Part shown: piece by piece, positions 27,064-36,165 of the stretch | How positions within the stretch are numbered: the first letter of the stretch is position 1 | Layout of the letters: each line of letters starts with the position of its first letter | NCBI GenBank assembly: GCA_947644695.1 | Contig: CANSAJ010000004.1 | Span: 5,750 to 69,749 of the forward strand | DNA from: an uncultured Bacillota bacterium | GTDB taxonomy: Bacteria; Bacillota_I; Bacilli_A; RF39; UBA660 | DNA: 64,000 nt | Reading direction: 5' to 3' | Made by a program: the position numbers and the translations under genes | The notes under the pieces: model-generated | Told to the model about the DNA's origin: nothing | The model's database searches: none | What the model saw: the letters and a program-made list of their open reading frames with translations, nothing else

Positions 27064-27075
27064 GTTGGTGGTAGG

Positions 27076-28737
27076 ATGTATAATGAATTTGGGCGAATTC
27101 AACACTTTAAAAATATTGAAACAAAATATGATTTACTATATGTTTTAAATGTAAGTTCTAAAAAATATAACTATTTGATTTATCAGAAAAAAAATTTATA
27201 TACATCATTTTATATAAATAAAAAACAAGGTGGATTTAGAAAAATTCTATCTCCGTGTTTTGATTTAAAGAAAATTCAAAAAGAATTAAACATAATATTG
27301 AGAAATAATTATGAGTTTAATAAGGAAACTGTTCATGGTTTTGTTAAAGATCATAGTATAAAAACTAATGCAAATGTTCATAAAGAGGCTAATTATGTAG
27401 TAAATATCGATTTAAAAAACTTTTTTGATACTATTCATTTTGGAAGAGTTAGAGGAATGTATATGAAATCACCCTTTAATTTTTCAGACTATATTGCAAC
27501 AAATTTAACAAAAGTAGTATGCTATGAAAAGAAATTACCACAAGGTGCTCCAACATCTCCAACAATTTCTAACATTATTTGTTATAGAATGGATAGAGAA
27601 CTAGCACATTTATGTAATAAATATAATTGTAGATATACACGGTATGCTGATGATATTACGATTTCAACAAAAATGCTTTATTTACCAAAGGAAATAGCTA
27701 AGTTCAGTAATGGACAAGTAATTTTGTCTAATAATATTATAGATATAATAAAAAAAGAAGGGTTTATTATTAATTATGATAAACTTAAGATTAGCCCTAA
27801 ATCTAATAGGCAAGAGGTAACAGGATTAATTGTGAATAAAAAGGTAAATGTTCAAAAGGTATATATTAAAAAATTAAGAGCATTATTAAATAATGTTTCA
27901 AAATATGGTTTTTATTTAGAAGGATGTAAATATTTTAAAAAAAGTTTGAATGATTGTTCAAAAAAGGAGTTTGTAGAACATAAATTTATTAATGTATTAA
28001 AAGGCAAAATTGAATTTTTAAAAATGGTAAGAGGTCTTGATGATTATGTATATATAAAATACGCATCTTTATTTAATGAATTAATTGATTATGATTATTT
28101 TGATACCGATTATGGATTGACTATGAAAGAATTTATAGAGAAAAGGGTATATCCGTTGATAAGTTATGATGAAATGGTACAAGGTACGTGCTTTATGGTG
28201 GATGAAATTGGTATGATTACATCGACTCATGTATTAATTTCACCACAATCTTTTATTAATGAAAAAAAATATAAAGAAATAGAATTAAAAGATAAATTTA
28301 ATTTTTGTGATGTAGGAAGTAAGCCTTTCTATATTTTTGATCATTATAATAGAAAATATATAATAAACCCTGAAATAACAAGGGAACAAATAAATTCAGA
28401 TATACTATTTTATAATTGTCTACCTTCTAAAAAAAGATTTAAAATTAATACGAATTATGAACCCAAAATTGGAGAGAAGGTTTATATTGCAGGATATGGA
28501 GAATTTAAGGATTTTAAAACATCGTCAATTAATTATATTGAAAGTAATGTAACAGGCTATACAGAGTTTTTAGGAAGAAAGGTCGTGTGTATTAATAGTA
28601 AAATATATCATGGTATGAGCGGAGGGCCAGTATTAAATTCTAATCGTGAAGTAATTGGAATAATATATGCAGGACTTAATTTGGATGATAATGATAAAGT
28701 TATTTCTAAAACAAATGGTTTTGTATTATTTCAATAA
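27076..28737 (+). CDS. Retron-type reverse transcriptase fused to a C-terminal trypsin-like serine protease domain
   Basis: RT motifs NIDLKNFFDTI, LPQGAPTSP and YADD (aa 190-193), plus the retron-typical RQEVTGLIVN. C-terminal region (aa ~355-553) has TSTHVL (His385), SDILF (Asp442) and HGMSGGPVL (Ser515). Confidence 0.85.
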   Translation: MYNEFGRIQHFKNIETKYDLLYVLNVSSKKYNYLIYQKKNLYTSFYINKKQGGFRKILSPCFDLKKIQKELNIILRNNYEFNKETVHGFVKDHSIKTNANVHKEANYVVNIDLKNFFDTIHFGRVRGMYMKSPFNFSDYIATNLTKVVCYEKKLPQGAPTSPTISNIICYRMDRELAHLCNKYNCRYTRYADDITISTKMLYLPKEIAKFSNGQVILSNNIIDIIKKEGFIINYDKLKISPKSNRQEVTGLIVNKKVNVQKVYIKKLRALLNNVSKYGFYLEGCKYFKKSLNDCSKKEFVEHKFINVLKGKIEFLKMVRGLDDYVYIKYASLFNELIDYDYFDTDYGLTMKEFIEKRVYPLISYDEMVQGTCFMVDEIGMITSTHVLISPQSFINEKKYKEIELKDKFNFCDVGSKPFYIFDHYNRKYIINPEITREQINSDILFYNCLPSKKRFKINTNYEPKIGEKVYIAGYGEFKDFKTSSINYIESNVTGYTEFLGRKVVCINSKIYHGMSGGPVLNSNREVIGIIYAGLNLDDNDKVISKTNGFVLFQ

Positions 28738-28918
28738 TTTTTTTGTTTACTTCTTGGTGTATAAACTTGTAATTTTAGAAATATGCAAGTCCTTTTTTGC
28801 GAACTTTTACATTTTATAAATATGTCAAATTGTAATTAGGTTGCTTATTTGAAGAGAATAAATTATCTAATAAAATAGTATTTTAAATCATACCTTTTAA
28901 ATAGGAGGTATGTTTTTT

Positions 28919-29044
28919 ATGCCAATAAATAAACAATTAAAAATAAATAATGAATATTTTAGTGATAAAGATTTTCAAGATATTATATATAATTATTTAA
29001 TAAAAATGTTTAAAATATCAAATAATGATTTTGAATTATTCTAA
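28919..29044 (+). CDS. 41-aa micro-ORF between the RT and the recombinase
   Basis: AGGAGG lies 11 nt upstream of ATG 28919. No motif was recognised. Confidence 0.25.
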   Translation: MPINKQLKINNEYFSDKDFQDIIYNYLIKMFKISNNDFELF

Positions 29045-29092
29045 AAATGTGTTATAAATATAATGTCTTGGAGAATATTTCATATGAACTAA

Positions 29093-30700
29093 ATGGATAG
29101 GAGGAATATGTATAACAATTTAGTTAGTCCTACAAATTATAAAGTAGGAATATATATAAGATTGTCTCAAGAAGATTCTGATAAAAAATATGAATCAGAT
29201 AGTGAGAGCGTTGTTAATCAAAGAAATATATTAACATCTTATTTAAAAGCTAATAATTATATTTTAATAGAGGAATATATAGATGATGGATATTCAGGAA
29301 CAAATTTTGATAGACCTGGATTTCATAAATTAATTGAAGATATTAACGATAAAAAAATAAATATGGTAATAGTAAAAGATTTATCTAGGCTAGGTAGAGA
29401 TCATGTTATGACAGGATATTATATAGAAACGTTTTTTCCAGAAAATGATGTTAGGTTTATTTCAATAATGGAAAGCTATGATAGTGCTAAAAGGCAAGCA
29501 AGTAATGACTCATCAACTTTTATTGTTGCTTGTAATGATTATTATAGTAAGCAAAATTCTTATAAAATTAGAGATGTATTGCATTCTAAAAAAGTTGCAG
29601 GTCAATTTGTTGGAAGCAAACCATCTTATGGATATATGAGAGATTCTAATGATAAAGGACATTTAATACCTGATCCAAAAGTTGCTGATAATGTTAGAAA
29701 TATATTTAAATGGTTTTCTGAAGGATTAAATCTAAAAGAAATAGCAGATAAATTAAATGATTTAGGAATTCAAACGCCTAGTACTTATAAAAATAGTCCT
29801 AATAAAATAGAAAAGTGGAATTATGATACTGTTAAGTCGATATTGCAAAATAGGATTTATACAGGTGATATGATCCAGAATAAGGAAATGAAAATAAATT
29901 ATAAATCTAAAAAGCGAATACATTTAGATGAGCAAAATTGGATAATAGTTGAAAATACTCATGAGCCTTTAATTGATAAAGCAACTTTTTTTGAAATAAA
30001 TAATAAAGGTAGATATACAATACCTAAAACAAAAACAAAGAGAGAAAAAAGATTATTAGAAAATTTATTTGTTTGTAAAGAATGTGGTAATAGCCTAACA
30101 ATTAATTACCGAGAATCAAAAGATTGTTGGAGTATTAATTGTAATAGATTTACTAGATATTCTGTCAATAATAGATGTGTTTCACATTATATGCTTTATA
30201 ATCCATTAGAAGAGTTAATCCTAAAAAGAGTAAAATCTACTTTAGATAAATTTATGAAGAAATTAGATATAGATAATTTAGCTAATGAAGTTTATAAAAG
30301 ATTAAGTAATGAAAGTAATAATAACTTTAAGGAGTTAGATAAACTTGTTGAAAAAAGAGAAAAATGTCATAAAAAGCTAGTAATAATGTATAATGATAAA
30401 CTTGAAAACAAAATTGAATCTTATACTTATGAAATACTTAAAGAAAGCATAGAAAAAGAAATACAAGAATTAACTTCCAAAATAGAAAAGTTAGAAAATC
30501 TTAAAAGTCAAAAAGTAGTATATAATACTAAATTATCAGATGTCGTTGATAAAATAAAAAAATTATTGGATTTGGATCATCCAACTCGAGAACTTTTATT
30601 AGATGTTATAGATAAAATTGTGATAGATAAAGATAGAAATATAGAAATTTTCTACAAATTTGGTATTGCTAAAACTGATAAATTAAATAATAAAAATTGA
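29093..30700 (+). CDS. Large serine recombinase
   Basis: N-terminal resolvase-type catalytic region VGIYIRLSQED (Ser), DDGYSGTNFDRPGF and KDLSRLGRD. Recombinase domain, zinc ribbon CKECGN...C and C-terminal coiled coil. ATG 29108 is an alternative start. Confidence 0.9.
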   Translation: MDRRNMYNNLVSPTNYKVGIYIRLSQEDSDKKYESDSESVVNQRNILTSYLKANNYILIEEYIDDGYSGTNFDRPGFHKLIEDINDKKINMVIVKDLSRLGRDHVMTGYYIETFFPENDVRFISIMESYDSAKRQASNDSSTFIVACNDYYSKQNSYKIRDVLHSKKVAGQFVGSKPSYGYMRDSNDKGHLIPDPKVADNVRNIFKWFSEGLNLKEIADKLNDLGIQTPSTYKNSPNKIEKWNYDTVKSILQNRIYTGDMIQNKEMKINYKSKKRIHLDEQNWIIVENTHEPLIDKATFFEINNKGRYTIPKTKTKREKRLLENLFVCKECGNSLTINYRESKDCWSINCNRFTRYSVNNRCVSHYMLYNPLEELILKRVKSTLDKFMKKLDIDNLANEVYKRLSNESNNNFKELDKLVEKREKCHKKLVIMYNDKLENKIESYTYEILKESIEKEIQELTSKIEKLENLKSQKVVYNTKLSDVVDKIKKLLDLDHPTRELLLDVIDKIVIDKDRNIEIFYKFGIAKTDKLNNKN

Positions 30701-30734
30701 TTTTTTTTAGTTAGTCTACCTACCTATGCACCTA

Positions 30735-30744
30735 GAATGTAGCA
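30735..30744. repeat. Right terminal inverted repeat of the element (GAATGTAGCA)
   Basis: Exact reverse complement of 19455-19464. It is followed by GG (30745-30746). Confidence 0.75.
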
Positions 30745-31887
30745 GGTGGCGATGGTGCAGAAGTAATATATGCCCTTCGTAATAATTCTAGATTTTCTGA
30801 TTTAATTTTAGAAGAACTAGCTAATGAAGGACAGAATATTAGAAAAAATTTTCAACAACGACTTCCTTCTAATCCAATAAAAGACTACTATTTTATACAT
30901 CGTAATACTCCTGATACAGAAGCTGTGATAGTGGAATATGGTTTTCTTGATAGTACTAAAGATGATGTGAATCAGCTTAAAAATGATTGGAAGGATTATG
31001 CTGAAGCTGTTGTGAGAGCTATTGCTAAATATAAGAATATTTCATATACAGCGCCTTCTGGAGGGGATTATTATACAGTTCAAAAGGGAGATTCATTATG
31101 GAGTATTGCTACTAAATATGGTTTAACAGTTAACGAACTTAAAGAACTTAATGGTATTACTAATAATGTAATACATGTTGGACAGAATCTTAAAGTTAAA
31201 GTTGAGAGTGAAAAACCTGTTGAAGATTATCTTGTTTATACAGTAAAGAGTGGAGATTCATTATGGAAAATAGCAAGTAAATATGATACAACTGTAGCTA
31301 CACTTAAAAGTATAAATAATTTAAAAAGCGATAATTTAACAATTAATCAACAGTTATTAGTTCCTAAAAATAAAGATATGGATATAACTATAGATCAAGA
31401 TGATAAAGGTATAACCTATGTGGTAAAAAGTGGAGATTCACTATGGAAGATAGCTAATAGTTATGGGGTTAGTGTTGATAAAATAAAAAGTGCTAATAAT
31501 TTGAAAAGTGATGTATTAAGTGTTGGTCAGAAATTATTGATACCAGTAAGTGACGTGAATGTTGAAGAAAAACCTACTGAACCAACAAGTGGAGTTAGTT
31601 ATGTAGTTGTTAGTGGAGATAATTTATATTCTATAGCTAATAAATATGGTGTTAGTGTAGATGATATAAAAAGACTTAATAATCTTAGTAGTAATACACT
31701 TAAAATAGGTCAAGTTTTAAAAATTCCTGGAACAGATCAGTATGTAACTTATACAGTAAAGAGTGGAGATTCATTATGGAGTATTGCTAATAAATACGGT
31801 GTTAGTGTAAATGAACTTAAAAATATTAATAATTTAGAAGGAAGTTTATTAAGTATTGGTCAAAAGTTATTAATTCCAACAAAATAA
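30745..31887 (+). pseudogene. N-acetylmuramoyl-L-alanine amidase, 3' segment (rest of Amidase_3 plus five LysM repeats)
   Basis: The frame is open from 30745: GGDGAEVIYALRNNSRF...VIVEYGFLDS. Five LysM units follow (Y.V..GDSLW.IA.KYG..V..LK..N.L....L..GQ.L.IP). It is in frame with the ORF-track start 30925. Confidence 0.8.
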
Positions 31888-31949
31888 TAGGGTGACATAT
31901 AAATGTTACTCTTTTTATATTTAATAAAAAAAACTCCGAAAAACGGAAT

Positions 31950-32372
31950 TTAATATATTTGTGGACAAATGCCAGGATCTGGTTGATAGAAGCAGTGGTT
32001 CTTATATCTTCCAGCAAAAGCTTGGTCATACCAAGTATTTTTACAAGAGGCTCCACTTGCAGGTGCATAGAACCATAAAGCATTAGTTGCTGGATGATAA
32101 TATTCACCTCTTAAAACTCTTTTAGCTAGTTCTTTTTCTTTAGTAGTAGCCCCTTTATAAAATAGTGAACTTTGTGTACCGCTGAATTGGTTTTTCTGGT
32201 ATACAGCATCTGTAACAGACCTTATATTTTTAAAGGTTAAGCAGTTCGCAAGTGCTCGGTTAACAATAACATTCCCTACCATTAACATACCTAAATCTCC
32301 TTCACCCACAGCTTCAGCGCGCATAAGTCTTGCACATAAATCTAATTCTTTATCTGTATAATTTAATAACAT
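31950..32372 (-). CDS. SleB-type cell wall hydrolase domain protein
   Basis: ARLMRAEAVGEGDLGMLMVGNVIVNR...AVYQKNQFSG matches the Hydrolase_2 (SleB/CwlJ) domain. Confidence 0.8.
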   Translation of the reverse strand: MLLNYTDKELDLCARLMRAEAVGEGDLGMLMVGNVIVNRALANCLTFKNIRSVTDAVYQKNQFSGTQSSLFYKGATTKEKELAKRVLRGEYYHPATNALWFYAPASGASCKNTWYDQAFAGRYKNHCFYQPDPGICPQIY

Positions 32373-32493
32373 AATTTCACCTATATTATTATATGATTTT
32401 AGAAAGTAGTTATTTACACTATTTGATACTTTAATAATTTTATTTTGCTTTAAAACGATTTAAGTATGGTAGAATATATAATGAGGAGGCGTT

Positions 32494-33543
32494 ATGGAGA
32501 AGATAAGAGTATTTCAGTATGGATGCGGTAAAATGAGCGTTTATACTATGAAATACGCATTAGAAAGTGGAATGGAATTAGTAGGAGCAGCTGATGTAAA
32601 TCCAGCTATTATAGGAAAAGATATTTCTTTCCTTATTGGTGGAGAAAATAGAAATATTACAATTTCGTCAGCTGAAGATGTAGAACAAGATCTTTTAAAG
32701 AGTAATCCAGATATATGTATTATTACAACTATGAGTTTGCTAAGTGATTGTGAAGATATTTTGCTATTATGTGCTAAGTTAGGTATTAATGCTATTACTA
32801 CTTGTGAAGAAGCATTTTATCCGTTTAATTCTAATCCAAATTTGACTAATAGAATTGATTTATTAGCTAAAGAAAATAATTGTACTATTACAGGTAGTGG
32901 TTATCAAGATGCTTTTTGGGGTAATTTAGTTTCTACTATTTGTGGAGCAACACATAATATTACTAAAATTAAAGGAAGTAGTAGTTATAATGTTGAAGAT
33001 TATGGTATAGCTTTAGCTAAAGCGCATGGAGCAGGTTTATCAGTTTCAGATTTTGAAAGAGAAGTAGCCAGTGCTGATAATATAAGTCAAGAAGAAAGAA
33101 ACAAATTGATTCAAAATGGTGAATTTCTTCCATCTTATATGTGGAATGTTAATGGGTGGCTTTGTGATAAATTAAAGTTACATGTTAAGACTCAGAGTCA
33201 GAAGTGTATTCCTACTTTTAATGAAGATGATATATTTTCTGAAACTTTAGGAATGACAGTAGAAAAAGGTAATTGCACTGGAATGAGTGCAGTAGTTACA
33301 ACTGAGACTGAAGAGGGAGTAGTCTTGGAGACTGAGTGTATTGGAAAAATATATTCAGATAAAGATTTTGATAGTAATGAGTGGACTGTGTGTGGAGAGC
33401 CAGATACTACGATGGTTATTAATAGACCAGGAACAGTATGGCTTACGTGTGCGACCGTTGTGAATAGAATTCCTGATGTGCTTAATGCACCTAGTGGGTA
33501 TGTTCCTACTAGTAGAATGGGTGAACTTAAAAAATTATGTTAA
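32494..33543 (+). CDS. DapB-like NAD(P)-binding oxidoreductase (amine dehydrogenase family candidate)
   Basis: N-terminal IRVFQYGCGKMS Rossmann-type loop. Size and layout resemble 2,4-diaminopentanoate dehydrogenase-type enzymes. The assignment is tentative. Confidence 0.45.
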   Translation: MEKIRVFQYGCGKMSVYTMKYALESGMELVGAADVNPAIIGKDISFLIGGENRNITISSAEDVEQDLLKSNPDICIITTMSLLSDCEDILLLCAKLGINAITTCEEAFYPFNSNPNLTNRIDLLAKENNCTITGSGYQDAFWGNLVSTICGATHNITKIKGSSSYNVEDYGIALAKAHGAGLSVSDFEREVASADNISQEERNKLIQNGEFLPSYMWNVNGWLCDKLKLHVKTQSQKCIPTFNEDDIFSETLGMTVEKGNCTGMSAVVTTETEEGVVLETECIGKIYSDKDFDSNEWTVCGEPDTTMVINRPGTVWLTCATVVNRIPDVLNAPSGYVPTSRMGELKKLC

Positions 33544-33582
33544 AAGGGTTTTTATTTAAACTCTTTTTTGTTATTATAATTA

Positions 33583-34068
33583 TTGGTGATGTGGATGAGA
33601 CAAGAGCATACTTTAGAGCCTGTTTATTATAAAGATTCAAAGGTTTTGATTTTAGGATCTTTTCCTAGTATAGTTTCTAGAAAGAATTTGTTTTATTATG
33701 CTCATCCTCAAAATCGTTTTTGGAAAGTTATGTCAATTATTTTTGATGAGGAGATCATTGATAGAAAAGAATTTTTGAAAAGTCATAAAATAGCTTTGTG
33801 GGATGTTATATCTTCTTGTGAAATTAATGGTTCAAGTGATAGTTCAATTAAGAATGTTATTCCTAATGATATTAGTTTAATATTGGAGAATACTAATGTT
33901 AAATGTATATTTACTGTAGGTAGAACAGCTTATAATTTATATAATAAATATATATTTAAAGATGTTAATGTGGAAGCCATGCTTTTACCAAGTACGTCAC
34001 CTGCAAATGCACAGAAAAAATTAGAAGATTTGGTGCAAGATTTTAGGATAATACTTGATTATTTATAA
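33583..34068 (+). CDS. Hypoxanthine/deoxyinosine DNA glycosylase (UDG superfamily)
   Basis: VLILGSFPS..S.....YYAHPQNRFW and the C-terminal LPSTSPAN are typical of this UDG family. The start may be ATG 33595. Confidence 0.65.
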   Translation: MVMWMRQEHTLEPVYYKDSKVLILGSFPSIVSRKNLFYYAHPQNRFWKVMSIIFDEEIIDRKEFLKSHKIALWDVISSCEINGSSDSSIKNVIPNDISLILENTNVKCIFTVGRTAYNLYNKYIFKDVNVEAMLLPSTSPANAQKKLEDLVQDFRIILDYL

Positions 34069-34105
34069 AGTTATTTGATATAATGATTTTGGTAGCACAG
34101 ATTAT

Positions 34106-34179
34106 AGAGGATTAGTTAAATGGTATAATAATGGTCTCCAAAACCACTGTTGGGAGTTCGATTCTCTCATCCTCTGCCA
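34106..34179 (+). tRNA. tRNA-Trp (anticodon CCA), CCA-end encoded
   Basis: Acceptor stem AGAGGAT/ATCCTCT, anticodon arm TGGT-CTCCAAA-ACCA, T-arm GGAGTTCGATTCTC, 3' GCCA. Confidence 0.9.
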
Positions 34180-34257
34180 ATTGAATGAATCAAATATTAT
34201 GTTTGTTTAAATACAACTTATATATTTTGAGGTGAATTTTGTATTGAAAAAAGAAAT

Positions 34258-34728
34258 ATGGTTAGGCGTCCTCCGGGTATAAGAGCTTTAATTGTGAATA
34301 ATGATAATCAAATATTATTGTCGAAAGAGTTTAGATATGAATTAAATGATTGGGATTATCGATTATCTGGTGGGAAAGTTTTTGAGTCACTTAATGATTA
34401 TAAGGTTGCCTTAGAAAATAATACAGTTATGGAAAATGTTTTAGAAACTGTTCCTAAATAAGTTTTAGAGGAAGTAGGATTAATAGTTAATAATCCTAAG
34501 CTTTTAAAAGTATCTTTGGCTGGTGCAGGTGTTATATGGGATTTATACTATTTTGAGATAAAAGATTACGTTAAGTCAGAAAATGGACCGCAATTAGAAG
34601 AAGAAGAAATTATAAATGGATATAAATGGTATGAATTTAATGAAATAGTTAATATGTGTCAAAATAATAAAATTCAAGAAGATAGAACTGTTGGAGTGTT
34701 GTTAACTTATATTTTGAATCATTCATAA
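34258..34728 (+). pseudogene. Nudix hydrolase gene with an in-frame TAA inside the Nudix box
   Basis: The two ORFs 34258-34461 and 34516-34728 share one frame. The sequence reads SGGKV...ETVPK(TAA)VLEEVGL, so the stop (34459-34461) sits at the conserved Glu of the RE..EE.G box, consistent with GAA to TAA. Confidence 0.65.
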
Positions 34729-34768
34729 AATTAAACTTAATATTTATTTAGATGTTATAGGAATAAAT

Positions 34769-35098
34769 ATGGAAATTGTGTATAATAAATTAGTTCGTGA
34801 TAATATTCCTGACATTTGTAAATCTAATGGAGATGAACCTTTTATTAGAGTTTTAAATGATGAAGAATATTGGGAATATTTACTTAAAAAAGATAATGAG
34901 GAATTAGAAGAAGTTAGAACTGCTAAATCTTTGGATGAAAGAAAAAAGGAATTAGCAGATAAATTAGAGTTAATTAAAGCTATGGCAGAATTTAGTGGTT
35001 TTAGTTTAGATGATATTCTTGAAGAGGCTGCTAGAAAGAGACAAAAAAATGGCGGTTTTGATAAAAGATTATTGTTGGAAAAAGTGCTAAAAAGATAG
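34769..35098 (+). CDS. MazG-like / PRA-PH-like all-alpha NTP pyrophosphohydrolase
   Basis: The N-terminus MEIVYNKLVRDNIPDI and EELEEV...ELADKLELIKAMA are typical of the family. Confidence 0.65.
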   Translation: MEIVYNKLVRDNIPDICKSNGDEPFIRVLNDEEYWEYLLKKDNEELEEVRTAKSLDERKKELADKLELIKAMAEFSGFSLDDILEEAARKRQKNGGFDKRLLLEKVLKR

Positions 35099-35109
35099 TA
35101 AAATAAGTA

Positions 35110-35157
35110 GAATCAATATTATATTAAGAACTGATTAATATGATATTGATTCTTTTT
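35110..35157 (+). terminator. Hairpin plus T-run
   Basis: GAATCAATAT (35110-35119) pairs with ATATTGATTC (35143-35152), followed by TTTTT. The loop is long. Confidence 0.35.
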
Positions 35158-35195
35158 AAGTTTAATAAATGAAAATATTTTTATCCAAGATTTAA

Positions 35196-36008
35196 TTATT
35201 GTGTTAAAGTCCTTTTTGCTGTATCATCTTTTTCAAAAATGATATCTTTTAGTTTTTCATTTTCTTCTTCTAATATTGGAGAAGTATAATCAAGTAAATC
35301 ATCATGTGAATAACCTTTATCAAAATTTAATAAATAATTCTTACATTTTATTAAGTTACTTATCCTTTGATTATAATTATATTTTTTTTCTCTATTTTTG
35401 CTTATTTCATCTGTTATTTGTTGAAAGAAAGTAAAAGATTCTTGTTGTATTGTTATTGATGTTGCTCTTGCTTCGAAACAAAATAATGGGTATATGCTTA
35501 TTCTTTCGTTGTGTATAATTCCTTTATATGGCACAGATGTAAGTAAGCTTTCTAATTCTTGATAGCCTTTTTGATTTGGAAGATTCCTTCTATAAAGGTT
35601 CCTATTATAGAATTCTAATGCTTTTTTTATGTAATTTAATTTTTGTATAGCAGTAGCGTCATATAAAGTTCCATAGGGTATTCTAAATTCTACATATAGT
35701 CTTCCATAGAAACCTACGCCAATATATCTTTTTAGGATTTCATTAGGTATGTCAATTTCTATTATTGTATTTGAGCCAAAATGTGGATCACTTATAAATC
35801 TTAAAGTGTCAGTTAGGCTTAGAAAAAAGTATTTAAACATTTCATGTTCTTTTGGAAAAGTATTTATACCTTCATTTAATACATGAGGTTTTTTCCATAA
35901 ATATTCATAAGAAGGCGAAATTAATCCTAGTTGTTGATGGTTTTGAAATTCATTAAAAGAACCATCTTTATTACTTTTGGACCAATTTAGGAATCTATAT
36001 ATTTTCAT
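35196..36008 (-). CDS. Hypothetical protein (270 aa), no recognisable motif
   Basis: Long ORF with a GGAGGAAG RBS on the minus strand upstream of ATG 36008. It is the only minus-strand gene in this local block. Confidence 0.55.
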   Translation of the reverse strand: MKIYRFLNWSKSNKDGSFNEFQNHQQLGLISPSYEYLWKKPHVLNEGINTFPKEHEMFKYFFLSLTDTLRFISDPHFGSNTIIEIDIPNEILKRYIGVGFYGRLYVEFRIPYGTLYDATAIQKLNYIKKALEFYNRNLYRRNLPNQKGYQELESLLTSVPYKGIIHNERISIYPLFCFEARATSITIQQESFTFFQQITDEISKNREKKYNYNQRISNLIKCKNYLLNFDKGYSHDDLLDYTSPILEEENEKLKDIIFEKDDTAKRTLTQ

Positions 36009-36165
36009 AATTATCTTCCTCCTTTTTAAGTTGTTATTTTAACATAAAAATATTTAGATATAAAGTAGATAATTTGTTTATTGATATATATATAAATAAT
36101 TATTATAATATTATTAGTATTTTTTACAAAATGTTAATGAGTAAAATTTATTAAGGAGGAATTTT

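Larger units (their letters stand above)
19455..30746 (+). mobile_element. Serine-recombinase integrative/intervening element of about 11.3 kb carrying Fic, type I R-M and a retron
   Basis: It interrupts the amidase ORF. The ends are perfect 10-nt inverted repeats (TGCTACATTC / GAATGTAGCA), each abutting a GG dinucleotide. A large serine recombinase gene ends 35 nt from the right terminal repeat. Confidence 0.8.

Noticed and set aside
19455-30746. Prophage or ICE interpretation of the inserted element
   Set aside because: No capsid, tail, terminase, lysis, replication, relaxase or type IV secretion genes are present. Only the recombinase plus defence cargo was found.
31060-31880. Periodic ~200-nt repeats that could suggest a repeat array or CRISPR
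   Set aside because: They are the five in-frame LysM domains of the amidase gene. Likewise the SGD repeats at 38160-38560 are coding repeats. No short direct repeats with unique spacers were seen anywhere in the window.
34106-36100. A tRNA-Trp-targeted genomic island
   Set aside because: No integrase is present and I could find no direct repeat of the tRNA 3' end downstream by eye. The gene content is mostly housekeeping-like hydrolases.
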